Shown: one piece after another, positions 48,620 to 59,300 of the stretch
Layout of the letters: every line of letters begins with the position of its first letter
Numbering within the stretch: position 1 is the first letter of the stretch
Source: an uncultured Thermodesulfobacteriota bacterium
Lineage (GTDB): Bacteria > Desulfobacterota > GWC2-55-46 > JADFVP01
Assembly: GCA_964472295.1 (NCBI GenBank)
Contig: CAYYJQ010000004.1
Coordinates: 11,968-75,967, forward strand
Direction: 5' to 3'
Length of the DNA: 64,000 nt
Made by a program: the position numbers and the translations under genes
The notes under the pieces: model-generated
Database searches by the model: none
Told to the model about the DNA's origin: nothing
What the model saw: the letters and a program-made list of their open reading frames with translations, nothing else

Positions 48620-49936
48620 ATGCTCAATATATTAGTAGCCTTAAGAGGGCATGATGCCGGGCTCTCAAGAGTGCTTAAGGGGCACCGGGTGCGCACCCTT
48701 GGAGAGGGCAGGGACCCTGTCTCGGCCCTCTCAGACGACATATGCGATGTCGCCATAATAGAAGGTGGCATCAAGGACCTTGACGCCCTCAAGAACCGTG
48801 ACCCAAGGCTCGAGGTAATACTCGTCGGGAGCGCCGGCTCCATGGCCATGGAGGCCATTAAAAATGGCGCCTCCGCCTTTTTCACCCATCCCCTGCCCGT
48901 GAACTCTCTAAGGGACACGGTCCTCAGGATCGAACGCCTTAACAGGGACCGCCGTCTTACAGGGAGGCTCGAAAAGAGCCTTCGCCGGATGTATTGCCTT
49001 GAGGGCATTGTTGGACGTAACCCGCGAATACTCGAATTATTCAACTTTGTCCGCCGCGTTGGACCCTATTACAGGACCATTACCATAGAGGGCGAGACCG
49101 GCACCGGCAAGGAACTCCTTGCGCGGGCCATTCACGAGACAAGTCCCGTGGCAAAAGAACCCTTTATTGCCTTCAACTGCGGCGGCGTCACTGAGAACCT
49201 CGTGGAATCAGAGTTATTCGGACACAAGAAAGGCGCCTTTACAGGGGCTATTTCCGATAAGGCCGGGCTCTTCGAGGCCGCGGGCAGGGGCACGCTCTTT
49301 CTTGACGAAGTGGGCGACATGCCCCTCTCAGTTCAGCCCCATCTTCTCCGTGTACTTGAGGATGGCGGGTACCGCCGCCTTGGTGAGAACAGGGTGAGAA
49401 GGGCGGAGTGCAGGATAGTAACAGCCACGAACAGGAGCCTGACGGCCCTTGTAAGATCAGGAAAATTCAGGGAAGACCTCTTTTACAGGCTTACGTCCAT
49501 TACCTTGAAGATACCGCCCCTCAGGGAACGCCGCGACGACATACCGCTCCTGTTCAGGCATTTTCTTGACGAGTTCAACAGGAGAACCGGCAGGGACGTA
49601 AGGGGCATATCTCGCGGGGCGCAGGACGCGCTTATCTCATATGAGTGGCCCGGGAATGTGCGCGAGCTCAGAAACGCAGTCGAGCAGGCGGCCATGCTCG
49701 CCGAGGGCGGCTTTATAAGGCCAGAGGACCTTGCCATGGAGAGGGGGGAGAGGGCAGGGGGCCGATGGGGGGGCTTGAGAGGCGCAAGGGCCCTGCCCGG
49801 CACCCTTGAGGAAGTCATAAGAAGGCACATTGAAAATACCCTCGAGGCCTGCCGCGGCAACCGCACCCGCGCCGCGGCCATGCTCGGCATAAGCAGGAGA
49901 GCGCTATTGAGGAAGATAGAGAAGTACGGGCTTTAA
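48620..49936 (+). CDS. Sigma54-dependent enhancer-binding protein (degenerate REC, AAA+, Fis HTH)
   Basis: GETGTGKE, ESELFGHKKGAFTGA, LFLDEV, FREDLFYRL, WPGNVREL, GNRTRAAAMLGISR. Confidence 0.93.
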   Translation: MLNILVALRGHDAGLSRVLKGHRVRTLGEGRDPVSALSDDICDVAIIEGGIKDLDALKNRDPRLEVILVGSAGSMAMEAIKNGASAFFTHPLPVNSLRDTVLRIERLNRDRRLTGRLEKSLRRMYCLEGIVGRNPRILELFNFVRRVGPYYRTITIEGETGTGKELLARAIHETSPVAKEPFIAFNCGGVTENLVESELFGHKKGAFTGAISDKAGLFEAAGRGTLFLDEVGDMPLSVQPHLLRVLEDGGYRRLGENRVRRAECRIVTATNRSLTALVRSGKFREDLFYRLTSITLKIPPLRERRDDIPLLFRHFLDEFNRRTGRDVRGISRGAQDALISYEWPGNVRELRNAVEQAAMLAEGGFIRPEDLAMERGERAGGRWGGLRGARALPGTLEEVIRRHIENTLEACRGNRTRAAAMLGISRRALLRKIEKYGL

Positions 49937-49966
49937 GACCGAGCATTAACGTTTCGGGACTTCTGC

Positions 49967-51088
49967 TCATTGGTTTCGCAGGAAGTACTCAGCCAGGGGC
50001 ACAGCGAGTTTCCTTGCCCCCGTGGAATAGAGATGAATCGGGTCGTAGAAGTCATCCGAAGTGAGCAAGGTATGCCCTCCTAAATTAAGGCATGGGACCT
50101 CATTTTCAGAACAAATTTTTTTGAATGCCTTCTCAAATGCTTCCATTGGAATAACCCCATTGTCTCCCGGCCTTATCATATTCATATAAACATTATTCCC
50201 AATGGACATGGGATCAGTAATAACCGGCATACTGACAAGAATAAGTTTAATATCATGTTCTCGGCAAAGCCTGATAAGATCCTGTATCTTTTTTAAATTA
50301 GAACCCTTGGTGGAGTAGTCCCCCATGAGGTCTTTGAGACGGTCGATGCGTTTCTGTTTTAATCTCAGGCCCCTGGTGATTGCCCAACTCGGCATGGGTG
50401 GCGCTGCCCGATGTTGACCATTAAACATGAGATATTTGAGCCCATGCAGTCTGAATTTGAGCCATGTTTCTTCCTCGGTAAAGATATTGGACCAGAAGGC
50501 GTCTTTTATCCTGAAAATCTCGATTTTTTTAAACAAAAACCTCTTTAGCCACGCGCTTGGAATAAACCCTCCTCTTTCCATTGCGTAATAGGGGGAATCC
50601 ATAATCTCATCTTGGTCACTTCGGAAACTCTTACTGTTTGAGTTGAATTCGATTAGAGAGAGCCCGTAATAAAGGTATTTTACCTCGCTCTTGGGGATAA
50701 GCACGTCTTTGACGAGATTATAAAAGACTGTGGGCCCCGCGCCGTTAATCCCAAAGTTAAAGGTATGAAGATGCCAACCCCTAAGATTGATGTAACGCTC
50801 GAATGTCATGGCGTCAAAGCCCATGTCGGCGACAGATGAACCTATAAAGAAGATCTCGGGGTTCACCCCATATTCAATATTGGCCTTAAGAGCCATGGAT
50901 TTAATGCTTATCTGATGGCGTGGAAAGTAGGGCGGCGGCAGGTAATCTTCAACTGCAGTTAACTTGAGCGCAAGTGTCACAATGGCTATAAAACATAGGC
51001 AGAGTACTCCCGCCCATGGTATCTTCCGCCAATCCCTGAGGGTCTTAAAAGAGAAAATAGATAAAGGGTTCAATATTCGCTCCGCCAA
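49967..51088 (-). CDS. SGNH-fold exported partner of MBOAT O-acyltransferase (AlgJ/PatB/DltD-like)
   Basis: One N-terminal TM, FIGSS, NFGING, terminal DFYDPIHL (DxxH); overlaps the MBOAT stop. Confidence 0.7.
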   Translation of the reverse strand: MAERILNPLSIFSFKTLRDWRKIPWAGVLCLCFIAIVTLALKLTAVEDYLPPPYFPRHQISIKSMALKANIEYGVNPEIFFIGSSVADMGFDAMTFERYINLRGWHLHTFNFGINGAGPTVFYNLVKDVLIPKSEVKYLYYGLSLIEFNSNSKSFRSDQDEIMDSPYYAMERGGFIPSAWLKRFLFKKIEIFRIKDAFWSNIFTEEETWLKFRLHGLKYLMFNGQHRAAPPMPSWAITRGLRLKQKRIDRLKDLMGDYSTKGSNLKKIQDLIRLCREHDIKLILVSMPVITDPMSIGNNVYMNMIRPGDNGVIPMEAFEKAFKKICSENEVPCLNLGGHTLLTSDDFYDPIHLYSTGARKLAVPLAEYFLRNQ

Positions 51089-52454
51089 GGAATAAGATGG
51101 TCATAAAGAGGAATGTATAGAGCGCTGCCCTTCTCACCACTCCCCATCTATTATAAAAGTGCAGACCCTCCGCACGTTGGTGAAAAATATCAAAGATAAA
51201 CATAAGGCAGATAAAAGGCAGGGCCATCATCGATATGAAGTCGATCCTTAAGACCCCCCAGTTCGTGGCGATATTGCCGAGATAATCAATGGCATGTCTA
51301 AGTGACGGGGCGCGAAAGAAGACCCATGAGAAGCAGACCAGATGAAAGGTCAGAAACATACCGGCAAATTCGCGTAAACCGGCCTTGTCCTTATTCACCG
51401 TAGGTAAGGAGATTTTTTTTATGATAAACCTCTCCACAACAAGATAAAGACCATGCATGGCGCCCCATATCAACATCATCCAGCTGGCGCCGTGCCAGAG
51501 ACCCACTATGGTCATCGTAGCCATTAGATTGATGTAAACATTGCCGGTCCTGCTACCTCCCATGGTGAAGTAAAGATAGTCTCTCAGCCAGGTAGATAGG
51601 GAGATGTGCCATCTATGCCAGAACTCTCCGATCCTCACTGAAAAATAGGGGCAATCAAAGTTTTTCATAATATCAACGCCAAGGAGCAGGGCCGTGCCTA
51701 TGGCAATATTAGAGTATCCCGCAAAATCGCAGTATATCTGGAATGCAAAGGCATATATCCCGATGATGAGTTCATAGGAACTGAATAGATGGGGCGTCTT
51801 GAAAAGGCGGTCGACTACCACTGCGAGGTTGTCGGCTATTACCATCTTCTGAAAAAGACCGAAAAGGATAAGAAAACAGCCTTTTCTGATCATTTCGTAA
51901 TTAACGGTGCGTTCCTTTCGAAGCTGTGGAATGAGGTGGGAGGCCCTCTCGATGGGTCCGGCTACGAGTTGAGGAAAGAAGGATACGAAGAGGGCAAAGT
52001 CCGTGAGGCTGTCGCAGGGTTCTATCCTGCCGCGGTAGACATCCATGGTATATCCTACGGTCTGAAGGGTATAAAAGGAAATACCAAGGGGTAAGATGAC
52101 ATGAAGGGTAAAAGGGTCGAGAGAGAGGCCCACATAACCGGCGATGACCTTGAAATTCTCAATGAAGAATCCGTAGTATTTAAAAAAACCGAGTATGGAG
52201 AAGTTGACAACGAGACTTATCAACAAAAGTTGTTTCTTTCTGGTCATCGATGATGCACGCCCTATGAGACGCGCCACGTTATAGTCCACGAGTGTGCTTA
52301 CAGCCAGCAGGCCAAGAAATCGCCAGTCCCACCATCCGTAAAAGAGGTAACTGGCGGCAAGCAGGAAGAGATTCTGTGACTTTTGATTGATGCAGTAATA
52401 GATGATCAGGACAAGGAAGAGGAATATGAAAAACTCAAAACTGTTGAAGACCAT
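51045..52454 (-). CDS. MBOAT family O-acyltransferase (AlgI/PatA-like)
   Basis: LPLGISFYTLQ, FFPQLVAGPIER, FWHRWHISLSTWLRDY, GLWHGASW. Confidence 0.93.
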   Translation of the reverse strand: MVFNSFEFFIFLFLVLIIYYCINQKSQNLFLLAASYLFYGWWDWRFLGLLAVSTLVDYNVARLIGRASSMTRKKQLLLISLVVNFSILGFFKYYGFFIENFKVIAGYVGLSLDPFTLHVILPLGISFYTLQTVGYTMDVYRGRIEPCDSLTDFALFVSFFPQLVAGPIERASHLIPQLRKERTVNYEMIRKGCFLILFGLFQKMVIADNLAVVVDRLFKTPHLFSSYELIIGIYAFAFQIYCDFAGYSNIAIGTALLLGVDIMKNFDCPYFSVRIGEFWHRWHISLSTWLRDYLYFTMGGSRTGNVYINLMATMTIVGLWHGASWMMLIWGAMHGLYLVVERFIIKKISLPTVNKDKAGLREFAGMFLTFHLVCFSWVFFRAPSLRHAIDYLGNIATNWGVLRIDFISMMALPFICLMFIFDIFHQRAEGLHFYNRWGVVRRAALYTFLFMTILFLGGANIEPFIYFLF

Positions 52455-52733
52455 GTAACCGACCCCGTTTTAAAGCAAACCCTTGAATTATATGACTGCC
52501 CTTGCATATTAGCGTTTAGGGAAATACCTGTCAAATAATACATTTGCCATCTACGCGATAAAATCAGATAGGTCTTTACTTCATGGAGAAGACCGTGATT
52601 TTTACACATTGACATATGGGCCGCCGCAGGGTAGGCCAATGGTAAGCAAACCCGAAGGGCACCCTGGGTACCTTCATTAAAAATTCTTGACTCTTTTCTC
52701 TGTTATGATAATATCTGTAACTCGTAAATCTCA

Positions 52734-52809
52734 GCGGGAGTAGCTCAGTTGGTAGAGCGCAACCTTGCCAAGGTTGAGGTCGCGGGTTCGAGACCCGTCT
52801 CCCGCTCCA
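52734..52809 (+). tRNA. tRNA-Gly (GCC)
   Basis: GCGGGAG acceptor with CTCCCGC-TCCA, D loop AGTTGGTA, anticodon stem CAACC-TTGCCAA-GGTTG, T loop TTCGAGA, encoded CCA. Confidence 0.98.
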
Positions 52810-52888
52810 TTATGATGCCGCACACCCCTGGACAAGCCTGTTCTCGTTCATATCTTTATGATTTCAGTCTTTTTTTGAGGCATGCGAT

Positions 52889-53320
52889 ATGAAACTGCAG
52901 GAAAAGATGGGGCTCTTCAGGTCCTATATCGGGAAAAAGGGTCTCAAGTTCACGAATCAGCGCGACTTTATTGCCCTCTCTTTTTTCAGGGTCCGTTCTC
53001 ACATAAGCCTTGACGAGCTCTTTAGAAAGGTCCGAAAGTCCGAGCCCGGCATTGGTTATGCCACGGTTTACAGGACCATGAAGTTACTTACAGACTCCGG
53101 GCTTGCCGTCACAAGGCAGTTCGGTGATGGTCAGACGCGTTACGAGAACTTCCCCGAGGGCGGGCACCACGACCACCTCATCTGCCTGAAGTGTTCAAAG
53201 ATAGTCGAGTTCCAGAACCAGAAGATTGAAGACCTGCAGAACGAGACGGCCTCTCATCATGGTTTCAAGGTCATAAGCCATAAACTCGAGTTATACGGCT
53301 ACTGCAGTAAGTGCCAGTGA
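52889..53320 (+). CDS. fur: Ferric uptake regulator family protein
   Basis: IGYATVYRTMKLL, HHDHLICLKC, HKLELYGYCSKC. Confidence 0.92.
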   Translation: MKLQEKMGLFRSYIGKKGLKFTNQRDFIALSFFRVRSHISLDELFRKVRKSEPGIGYATVYRTMKLLTDSGLAVTRQFGDGQTRYENFPEGGHHDHLICLKCSKIVEFQNQKIEDLQNETASHHGFKVISHKLELYGYCSKCQ

Positions 53321-53342
53321 GTTTTTTTATCTTACAATTGAA

Positions 53343-53361
53343 AATGAAAGTTATTATCATT
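53343..53361 (+). promoter_or_regulatory. Fur box upstream of feoB
   Basis: AATGAAAGTTATTATCATT, close to the 7-1-7 TGATAAT-n-ATTATCA inverted repeat, 5 nt before the feoB ATG. Confidence 0.75.
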
Positions 53362-53366
53362 AAACG

Positions 53367-55337
53367 ATGACCCAGAGTAAAAAAGATAACCCAGACAACA
53401 GCAAAGGCCCCATAGTCCTTGTCGGAAACCCCAATGTGGGCAAATCCGTCATATTCGGCGCCCTTACGGGCCGGTATGTCACTGTGTCCAATTATCCCGG
53501 AACCACTGTGGGCGTCTCACGGGGCAGGGCGCGTCTTGGCGGCAGGGATGTGGATATTATCGACAGCCCCGGCGTCAACGGCCTCGTGCCTGTAAGCGAC
53601 GATGAGCGCGTCACGCGCGACATACTCCTCAAGACAGAGGTCGCGGGCGTACTCCATGTCCTTGACGCGAAAAACCTCAAGAGGGGTCTTCTCATAAGCC
53701 TTCAGCTCATGGAGATGGGCCTTCCCCTTGCCCTTGCCCTCAACATGTATGACGAGGCGGGTCAGAGGGGCATAAAGATAGACCTCAAGGCCCTTAAAAA
53801 GGCCCTTGGCCTCGAGGTAGTGCCAACCATAGCCACACAGCGCTGGAACCTCGATAAACTCCATGACGTGCCAGCCCTTGTGCAGAGGGGTTCCGTTGAA
53901 ATTAACTACCCCGCGCCAGTGGAAAGGGCCGTAACTGAGATTAGCGCCCTTCTGCCAGAGTCAGCCATATCCCCGCGCTCCATAAGCCTCATGCTCATCG
54001 CAGGCGATGACACCCTTGACGACTGGCTCGGGGACCGCCTTGAGCCTAATGCCTTATCCGCTATCCATGCCATCTGCAGAGCCATATCCACAATGTATGA
54101 GGAGCCGCCAGGCTACATTATCAACAGGTCCCGAATGCGCGTGGTGGACGCCATTGTCCGTAAATCCGTCTCAAAGGTAAAGGCCGGTAGCAAGGGGGCA
54201 TCGGCCTTTATCGGCAGATATGCCATGCACCCCCTCTGGGGCATACCCATACTAATCTTCGTCCTATTCATTCTATACGAGTTCGTCGGCGTTCTTGGCG
54301 CGGGCATAATAGTGGACTTCATAGAGCGCGTGGTCTTCGGCACATACCTCAACCCATGGGCAACGCGTGTTGTCGAGTACGTCCTGCCATCAGGCTTTAT
54401 CCACGACCTTATAGTAGGCCCCTACGGCCTTGTGACCATGGCCCTCACTTACGCCATCGCCATAGTGCTCCCAATAGTGGGTCTCTTCTTTTTCTTCTTC
54501 AGCATACTTGAAGACTCGGGGTATCTGCCGCGCCTGGCCCTCATGGCCGACAAGACCTTCAAGCGTCTCGGCCTTAACGGAAAGGCCGTCCTGCCAATGG
54601 TCCTTGGCCTCGGGTGCGACACCATGGCCACCATGACAACAAGGATACTCGAGACAAAGAAGGAACGCGTAATCGTTACTCTCTTGCTCGCCCTCGGCGT
54701 TCCATGCTCGGCACAGTTGGGCGTCCTTCTTGGAATGCTCGCATCCGTATCCCTCACGGCAACGCTCATCTGGGCCGGAATGCTCCTTGGCGTCATGGCC
54801 CTTGTGGGTTTTCTCGCCTCCGTCTTAATACCAGGCGATACATCTGACTTTATAATTGAAATCCCCCCAATGCGCCTGCCAATGGCCTCGAATATATTCC
54901 TTAAGACCCTTGTCCGTATACAGTGGTACCTGAAAGAAGCCGTGCCGCTCTTTGTCCTCGGTACGCTCATCCTCTTTGTCCTTGACCGCGTTGGCGGCAT
55001 AGCCGCCATTCAGCGCGTAGCCTCTCCTGTAATAGTCAACTTCCTCGATCTTCCAGTAGAGACCACGCAGGCCTTTGTCATCGGCTTTCTCCGCCGCGAC
55101 TACGGGGCCGCGGGCCTCCTTGACCTTCAGCGTTCCGGGCTCCTCAGTCACAGGCAGGTCATCGTGAGTCTTGTCACCATGACGCTCTTTGTGCCCTGCA
55201 TCGCCAACCTCCTCATGATAGTGAAGGAACGGGGCCTCAAGACCGCCATATGGATAACACTATTCATCTTCCCCTTTGCCGTCCTTGTGGGCGGGGGGCT
55301 TAATTTTGTTCTCAAAACACTTGGAATAGCGCTCTAA
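53367..55337 (+). CDS. feoB: Ferrous iron transporter FeoB
   Basis: GNPNVGKS, DSPG, LNMYD, LEDSGYLPR, LGLGC gate, PCSAQ, EIPPMRLP. Confidence 0.95.
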   Translation: MTQSKKDNPDNSKGPIVLVGNPNVGKSVIFGALTGRYVTVSNYPGTTVGVSRGRARLGGRDVDIIDSPGVNGLVPVSDDERVTRDILLKTEVAGVLHVLDAKNLKRGLLISLQLMEMGLPLALALNMYDEAGQRGIKIDLKALKKALGLEVVPTIATQRWNLDKLHDVPALVQRGSVEINYPAPVERAVTEISALLPESAISPRSISLMLIAGDDTLDDWLGDRLEPNALSAIHAICRAISTMYEEPPGYIINRSRMRVVDAIVRKSVSKVKAGSKGASAFIGRYAMHPLWGIPILIFVLFILYEFVGVLGAGIIVDFIERVVFGTYLNPWATRVVEYVLPSGFIHDLIVGPYGLVTMALTYAIAIVLPIVGLFFFFFSILEDSGYLPRLALMADKTFKRLGLNGKAVLPMVLGLGCDTMATMTTRILETKKERVIVTLLLALGVPCSAQLGVLLGMLASVSLTATLIWAGMLLGVMALVGFLASVLIPGDTSDFIIEIPPMRLPMASNIFLKTLVRIQWYLKEAVPLFVLGTLILFVLDRVGGIAAIQRVASPVIVNFLDLPVETTQAFVIGFLRRDYGAAGLLDLQRSGLLSHRQVIVSLVTMTLFVPCIANLLMIVKERGLKTAIWITLFIFPFAVLVGGGLNFVLKTLGIAL

Positions 55338-55346
55338 GGAGGCACT

Positions 55347-56012
55347 ATGGACAGGGAAAAAGCAGTAAGAGAAGAGACCCTTGAGTTCATCTGGGCAGAG
55401 CGGGAGCAGGGGGCTTCTTCCATTGAAAAACTACTGAAAATCAAGGAAGTAGCTACCGCGGGTGTTGACTCGGCTGTCCTTGAGAGCATGGTGAGAAAGG
55501 GCCTTATACACATAAGCGGCGATACCGTGACTCTCACGAAAAAGGGCGAGGAGCAGGCCCGTCTCGCCATACGGCGCCACAGGCTCGCAGAGCGCCTCCT
55601 TTCAGAGGTCTTCGACGTCTCTGAAGGAAGCCTCGAAGACGAGGCCTGCGACTTTGAACACATACTCTCAAAGGGCGTGACCGACAGCATCTGCACACTC
55701 CTCGGACACCCCCCGGCCTGTCCCCACGGACACCCCATACCGCGCGGCGAGTGCTGCGAAAAGACAAGGGTGGAACTCAGACCCCTTGTAAAATCACTTA
55801 CATCCATCAAGGCAGGGGAAAGGGCAAGAATCGTCTTTATCATGCCCTCGGCGCACTCAAGACTCGATAAACTCTCGGCCCTGGGAATCCTGCCGGGGAA
55901 TACCTTGAGAGTCCACCAGAAGTCACCGGCATTCGTCCTCGAACTCGGAGAAACAACCATCGCCATAGATAAGGACATCGCTAAAGAAATCTTCGTAAGG
56001 GTTCTTAAATAA
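55347..56012 (+). CDS. ideR: DtxR/IdeR-family metalloregulator with C-terminal FeoA domain
   Basis: LTKKGEEQA..AIRRHRLAERLL, ACDFEH, CPHGHPIP, then an SH3/FeoA-like LSALGILPG. Confidence 0.85.
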   Translation: MDREKAVREETLEFIWAEREQGASSIEKLLKIKEVATAGVDSAVLESMVRKGLIHISGDTVTLTKKGEEQARLAIRRHRLAERLLSEVFDVSEGSLEDEACDFEHILSKGVTDSICTLLGHPPACPHGHPIPRGECCEKTRVELRPLVKSLTSIKAGERARIVFIMPSAHSRLDKLSALGILPGNTLRVHQKSPAFVLELGETTIAIDKDIAKEIFVRVLK

Positions 56013-56045
56013 AGAAAAAATAAAAGAGATGGGTAGGGGGTGCGG

Positions 56046-56198
56046 GGCGGGCACTGCCTGCCAAAAAGAAAAAGGAAAATGGGGGAAGGTGGGCTCCGCC
56101 CACGAAAGACAAAAGAAGAGATGATTTTCCCGCTTTCTTTTAGGAAAAAAGAAAGCGGGGCAAAGAAAACCAATAATCCAATGGCCCTCTGCCATTGG
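56046..56198 (+). repeat. A-A-B-C mosaic repeat between ideR and dnaE
   Basis: A 56046-56062 and 56088-56103; B CCCGCTTTCTTTT/AAAAGAAAGCGGG 56129-56159; C CCAATGGC/GCCATTGG 56178-56198. Confidence 0.85.
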
Positions 56199-56307
56199 AT
56201 AGGCGGCCCGGGTAAAGCGAACTCAAACCCGGCAAATAATAAAACAGGCGTCCCGCTATCTTCAAATTTGCCTGTAAAAAACCGCGCCAATATGTTATTT
56301 TCAACCT

Positions 56308-59300
56308 ATGCGCCATAGCAAATTCGTACACCTTCACCTTCACACCCAGTACAGCCTCCTCGACGGCGCCATACGCCCCGGCGCCCTTGTCGAGCGTGCC
56401 CACGAGTTCAAGATGCCCGCCGTGGCAGTAACAGACCATGGCAACATCTTCGGGGCCGTCGAGTTCTATGAAAAGGCCCTGAAGGCAGGTGTAAAGCCTA
56501 TCATAGGGTGCGAGACCTACATCGCCCCGACTTCCATGCTCGACAGGACACCGCCCACAAGGAGCGGCGCGCCCACAAAGGCCTTTCACCTTGTACTTCT
56601 CGTAAAGAACGCCGCTGGCTACAAGAACCTCTGCAAACTCCTCACAAAGGCCTATACCGAGGGTTTTTACTATAAACCACGCATCGACAAAGACCTCCTG
56701 CGCTCCCATAACGAGGGGCTCATTGCCCTTGGGGCCTGCCTTCAGGGCGAAGTGGCCTTTTACGCCCTGCGGGACCAGATGGACAGGGCCCTTGCCTCTG
56801 CCGCCGAGTATAAAGAAATCTTCCAGAACCGCAGATATTACCTCGAGATCCAGCCAAGCCCAATACCCGAGCAGATAAAGGTAAACAACGCCCTTATCGA
56901 GATAGGCAAAAAACTCGATATACCCGTTGTCGCCACCAATGACTGCCATTACCTCAGAAAAGAAGACGCAAAGGTCCACGACGTGCTCCTCTGCATTCAG
57001 ACCGGCACCACTGTAAACGCTGAAAAAAGAATGCGTTTTCCTGCCGACGAGTACTACATGAAGAGCCCTGAGGAGATGATCGAGGCCTTTAAAGACGTGC
57101 CCGAGGCCATTTCCAATACCATTGAAATAGCCGAGAGGTGCAACTTCGAGATGACCCTCGGCAAGGCCTATCTCCCTGATTACCCCCTGCCCGAGGGCCA
57201 GTCACTTGATGATATAATCGATGAACAGGCCCACGCAGGCCTCGAGGCCCGTCTTCGTGTCATGGCCGCCCGCGGCCGCGACGTCGAGGCCCTTCGTATC
57301 CGCTATCTCGACCGCCTTGAACGCGAACTAAAGGTCATAAAGGGCATGGGCTTTCCGGGGTATTTTCTCGTTGTCTCGGACTTTATCAATCACGCGAAAT
57401 CAATGAATATCCCCGTTGGCCCGGGAAGGGGCTCTGCCGCGGGGAGCCTCGTGGCATTCGCCCTCGGCATCACGAACATTGACCCCATCGAGTATGACCT
57501 ACTCTTCGAGAGGTTCCTTAACCCTGACCGCATATCGCTCCCTGATATTGACATAGACTTCTGCTATGAAAAACGCGACGAGATAATAAAATACGTCACC
57601 GAAAAATACGGTCAGGAACACGTTACGCAGATTATCACCTTTGGTCAGATGAAGGCCCGCGCCGTAATAAGAGACGTAGGCAGGGTCCTTGACATGCCCT
57701 ATAGCGAGGTTGACCGTATCGCCAAGCTCATACCATCGAGGCCTCTGGACATTACCATTGAAAAGGCCCTTGAAATGGAGCCCAAACTGAAAAAACTCGT
57801 CGACGGGGATAAACGCGTCGCCGAACTAATCGAGTACTCGAAGGCCCTCGAAGGCCTCCCGCGCCACGCCTCCACTCACGCCGCCGGAGTTGTCATCTCA
57901 AAGGAACCCCTTGTCGAGTATCTTCCCCTGTACAAGGGGCAGAAAGACGATGTTGTTACCACCCAGTTCGCCATGAAGTACGCCGAAAAAGTCGGCCTCG
58001 TGAAGTTCGATTTTCTCGGCCTCAAGACCCTGACGGTCATAGACAAGGCGATAAAACTTGTGAAGGAAAACAGGGGCGAGACCCTTGAGATGGATTCCCT
58101 TGACCTTACTGATGCCAGGACCTACAAGGGCATTGCCTCGGGCGAGACCAACGGCATCTTTCAGCTCGAGAGTTCTGGCATGAAGGATATGCTGAGAAAA
58201 CTTGCCCCCGAGTCCTTTGTTGACCTCATAGCCGCTGTTGCCCTCTTCCGTCCTGGTCCCATGCAGAGCGGCATGGTCGATGACTTTATCAAGAGACGCC
58301 ACGGCAGGGTTCCCGTGAGATACGATATACCCGAACTCAAGGACATACTCTCCGACACCTATGGCGTCATTATCTATCAGGAACAGGTCATGGAAATAGC
58401 GCGCGTCATAGCCGGATTCAGCCCCGGCGAGGCGGACCTGCTAAGAAAGGTCATGGGCAAGAAACTCACTGACCAGATGATTATCTACAGGAAAAAGTTC
58501 CTTGACGGCGCGAAAGAGCGCAAGATTCCAGTGAAAAAGGCGGAAAAACTCTTCGAGCATATATCCAAGTTCGCCCTCTATGGCTTTAACAAGAGCCACA
58601 GCGCGGCCTATGCCCTCATAGCCTACCAGACTGCCTACCTCAAGACCCACTATACCGTGGAGTTCATGGCCGCGCTCATGAGTTCAGAGACGGGCGATAC
58701 GGACAAGGTAGTAAAGTACATAAATGAGTGCAGAGACCTCGGCGTGCCCGTGGACCCTCCCGACGTTAACGAGAGTGAACGTGACTTTACCGTAAAAAAA
58801 GGGCGCATCCGCTTTGGACTCGGGGCCGTGAAGAACGTTGGCGCCTCGGCCATAGACGAAATTATCTCAGTCCGGCGCGAGGCCCCTTTTGAGTCCATGC
58901 TCGATTTCCTGAGCCGCCTGAGCACGAGAAAGGTAAATAAAAAGGTCACCGAGAGCCTTATAAAGTGCGGCGCCTTTGACTTTACGGGCTTACCGCGTCC
59001 CGCGCTCCTCGCCTCACTTGATTCCATGATGGAGACGGCCCAGGGCGTTCAGCGCGACCGTGAATCCGGCCAGGGTTCCATCTTCGACGTACTCGGAGGC
59101 ACTTCCTCCACGCCACAGCCTCGCATGGCCGATTCAGTAATAAGCGCCCCTGACTGGACAGAAAAAGAACTCCTTGCCGCGGAAAAAGAGACACTTGGTT
59201 TTTACTTCACCGCCAACCCCCTTGACGAGTACCGCGAGATACTCGAGATAAACACCACCTGCTCCCTCTCTGGACTCAAGAAACTCACCTCAAAACAAGA

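Noticed and set aside
52620-52680. c-di-GMP-I-like fragment (GCAAACCCGAAGGG)
   Set aside because: It lacks the GACGCAAAGC/P3 elements and does not sit correctly upstream of a coding gene on that strand.
52734-52809. Integrative element attached at tRNA-Gly
   Set aside because: No duplicated tRNA 3' end and no integrase in the window; fur follows directly.
55334-56290. 318-aa minus-strand ORF
   Set aside because: Shadow of ideR plus repeat DNA.
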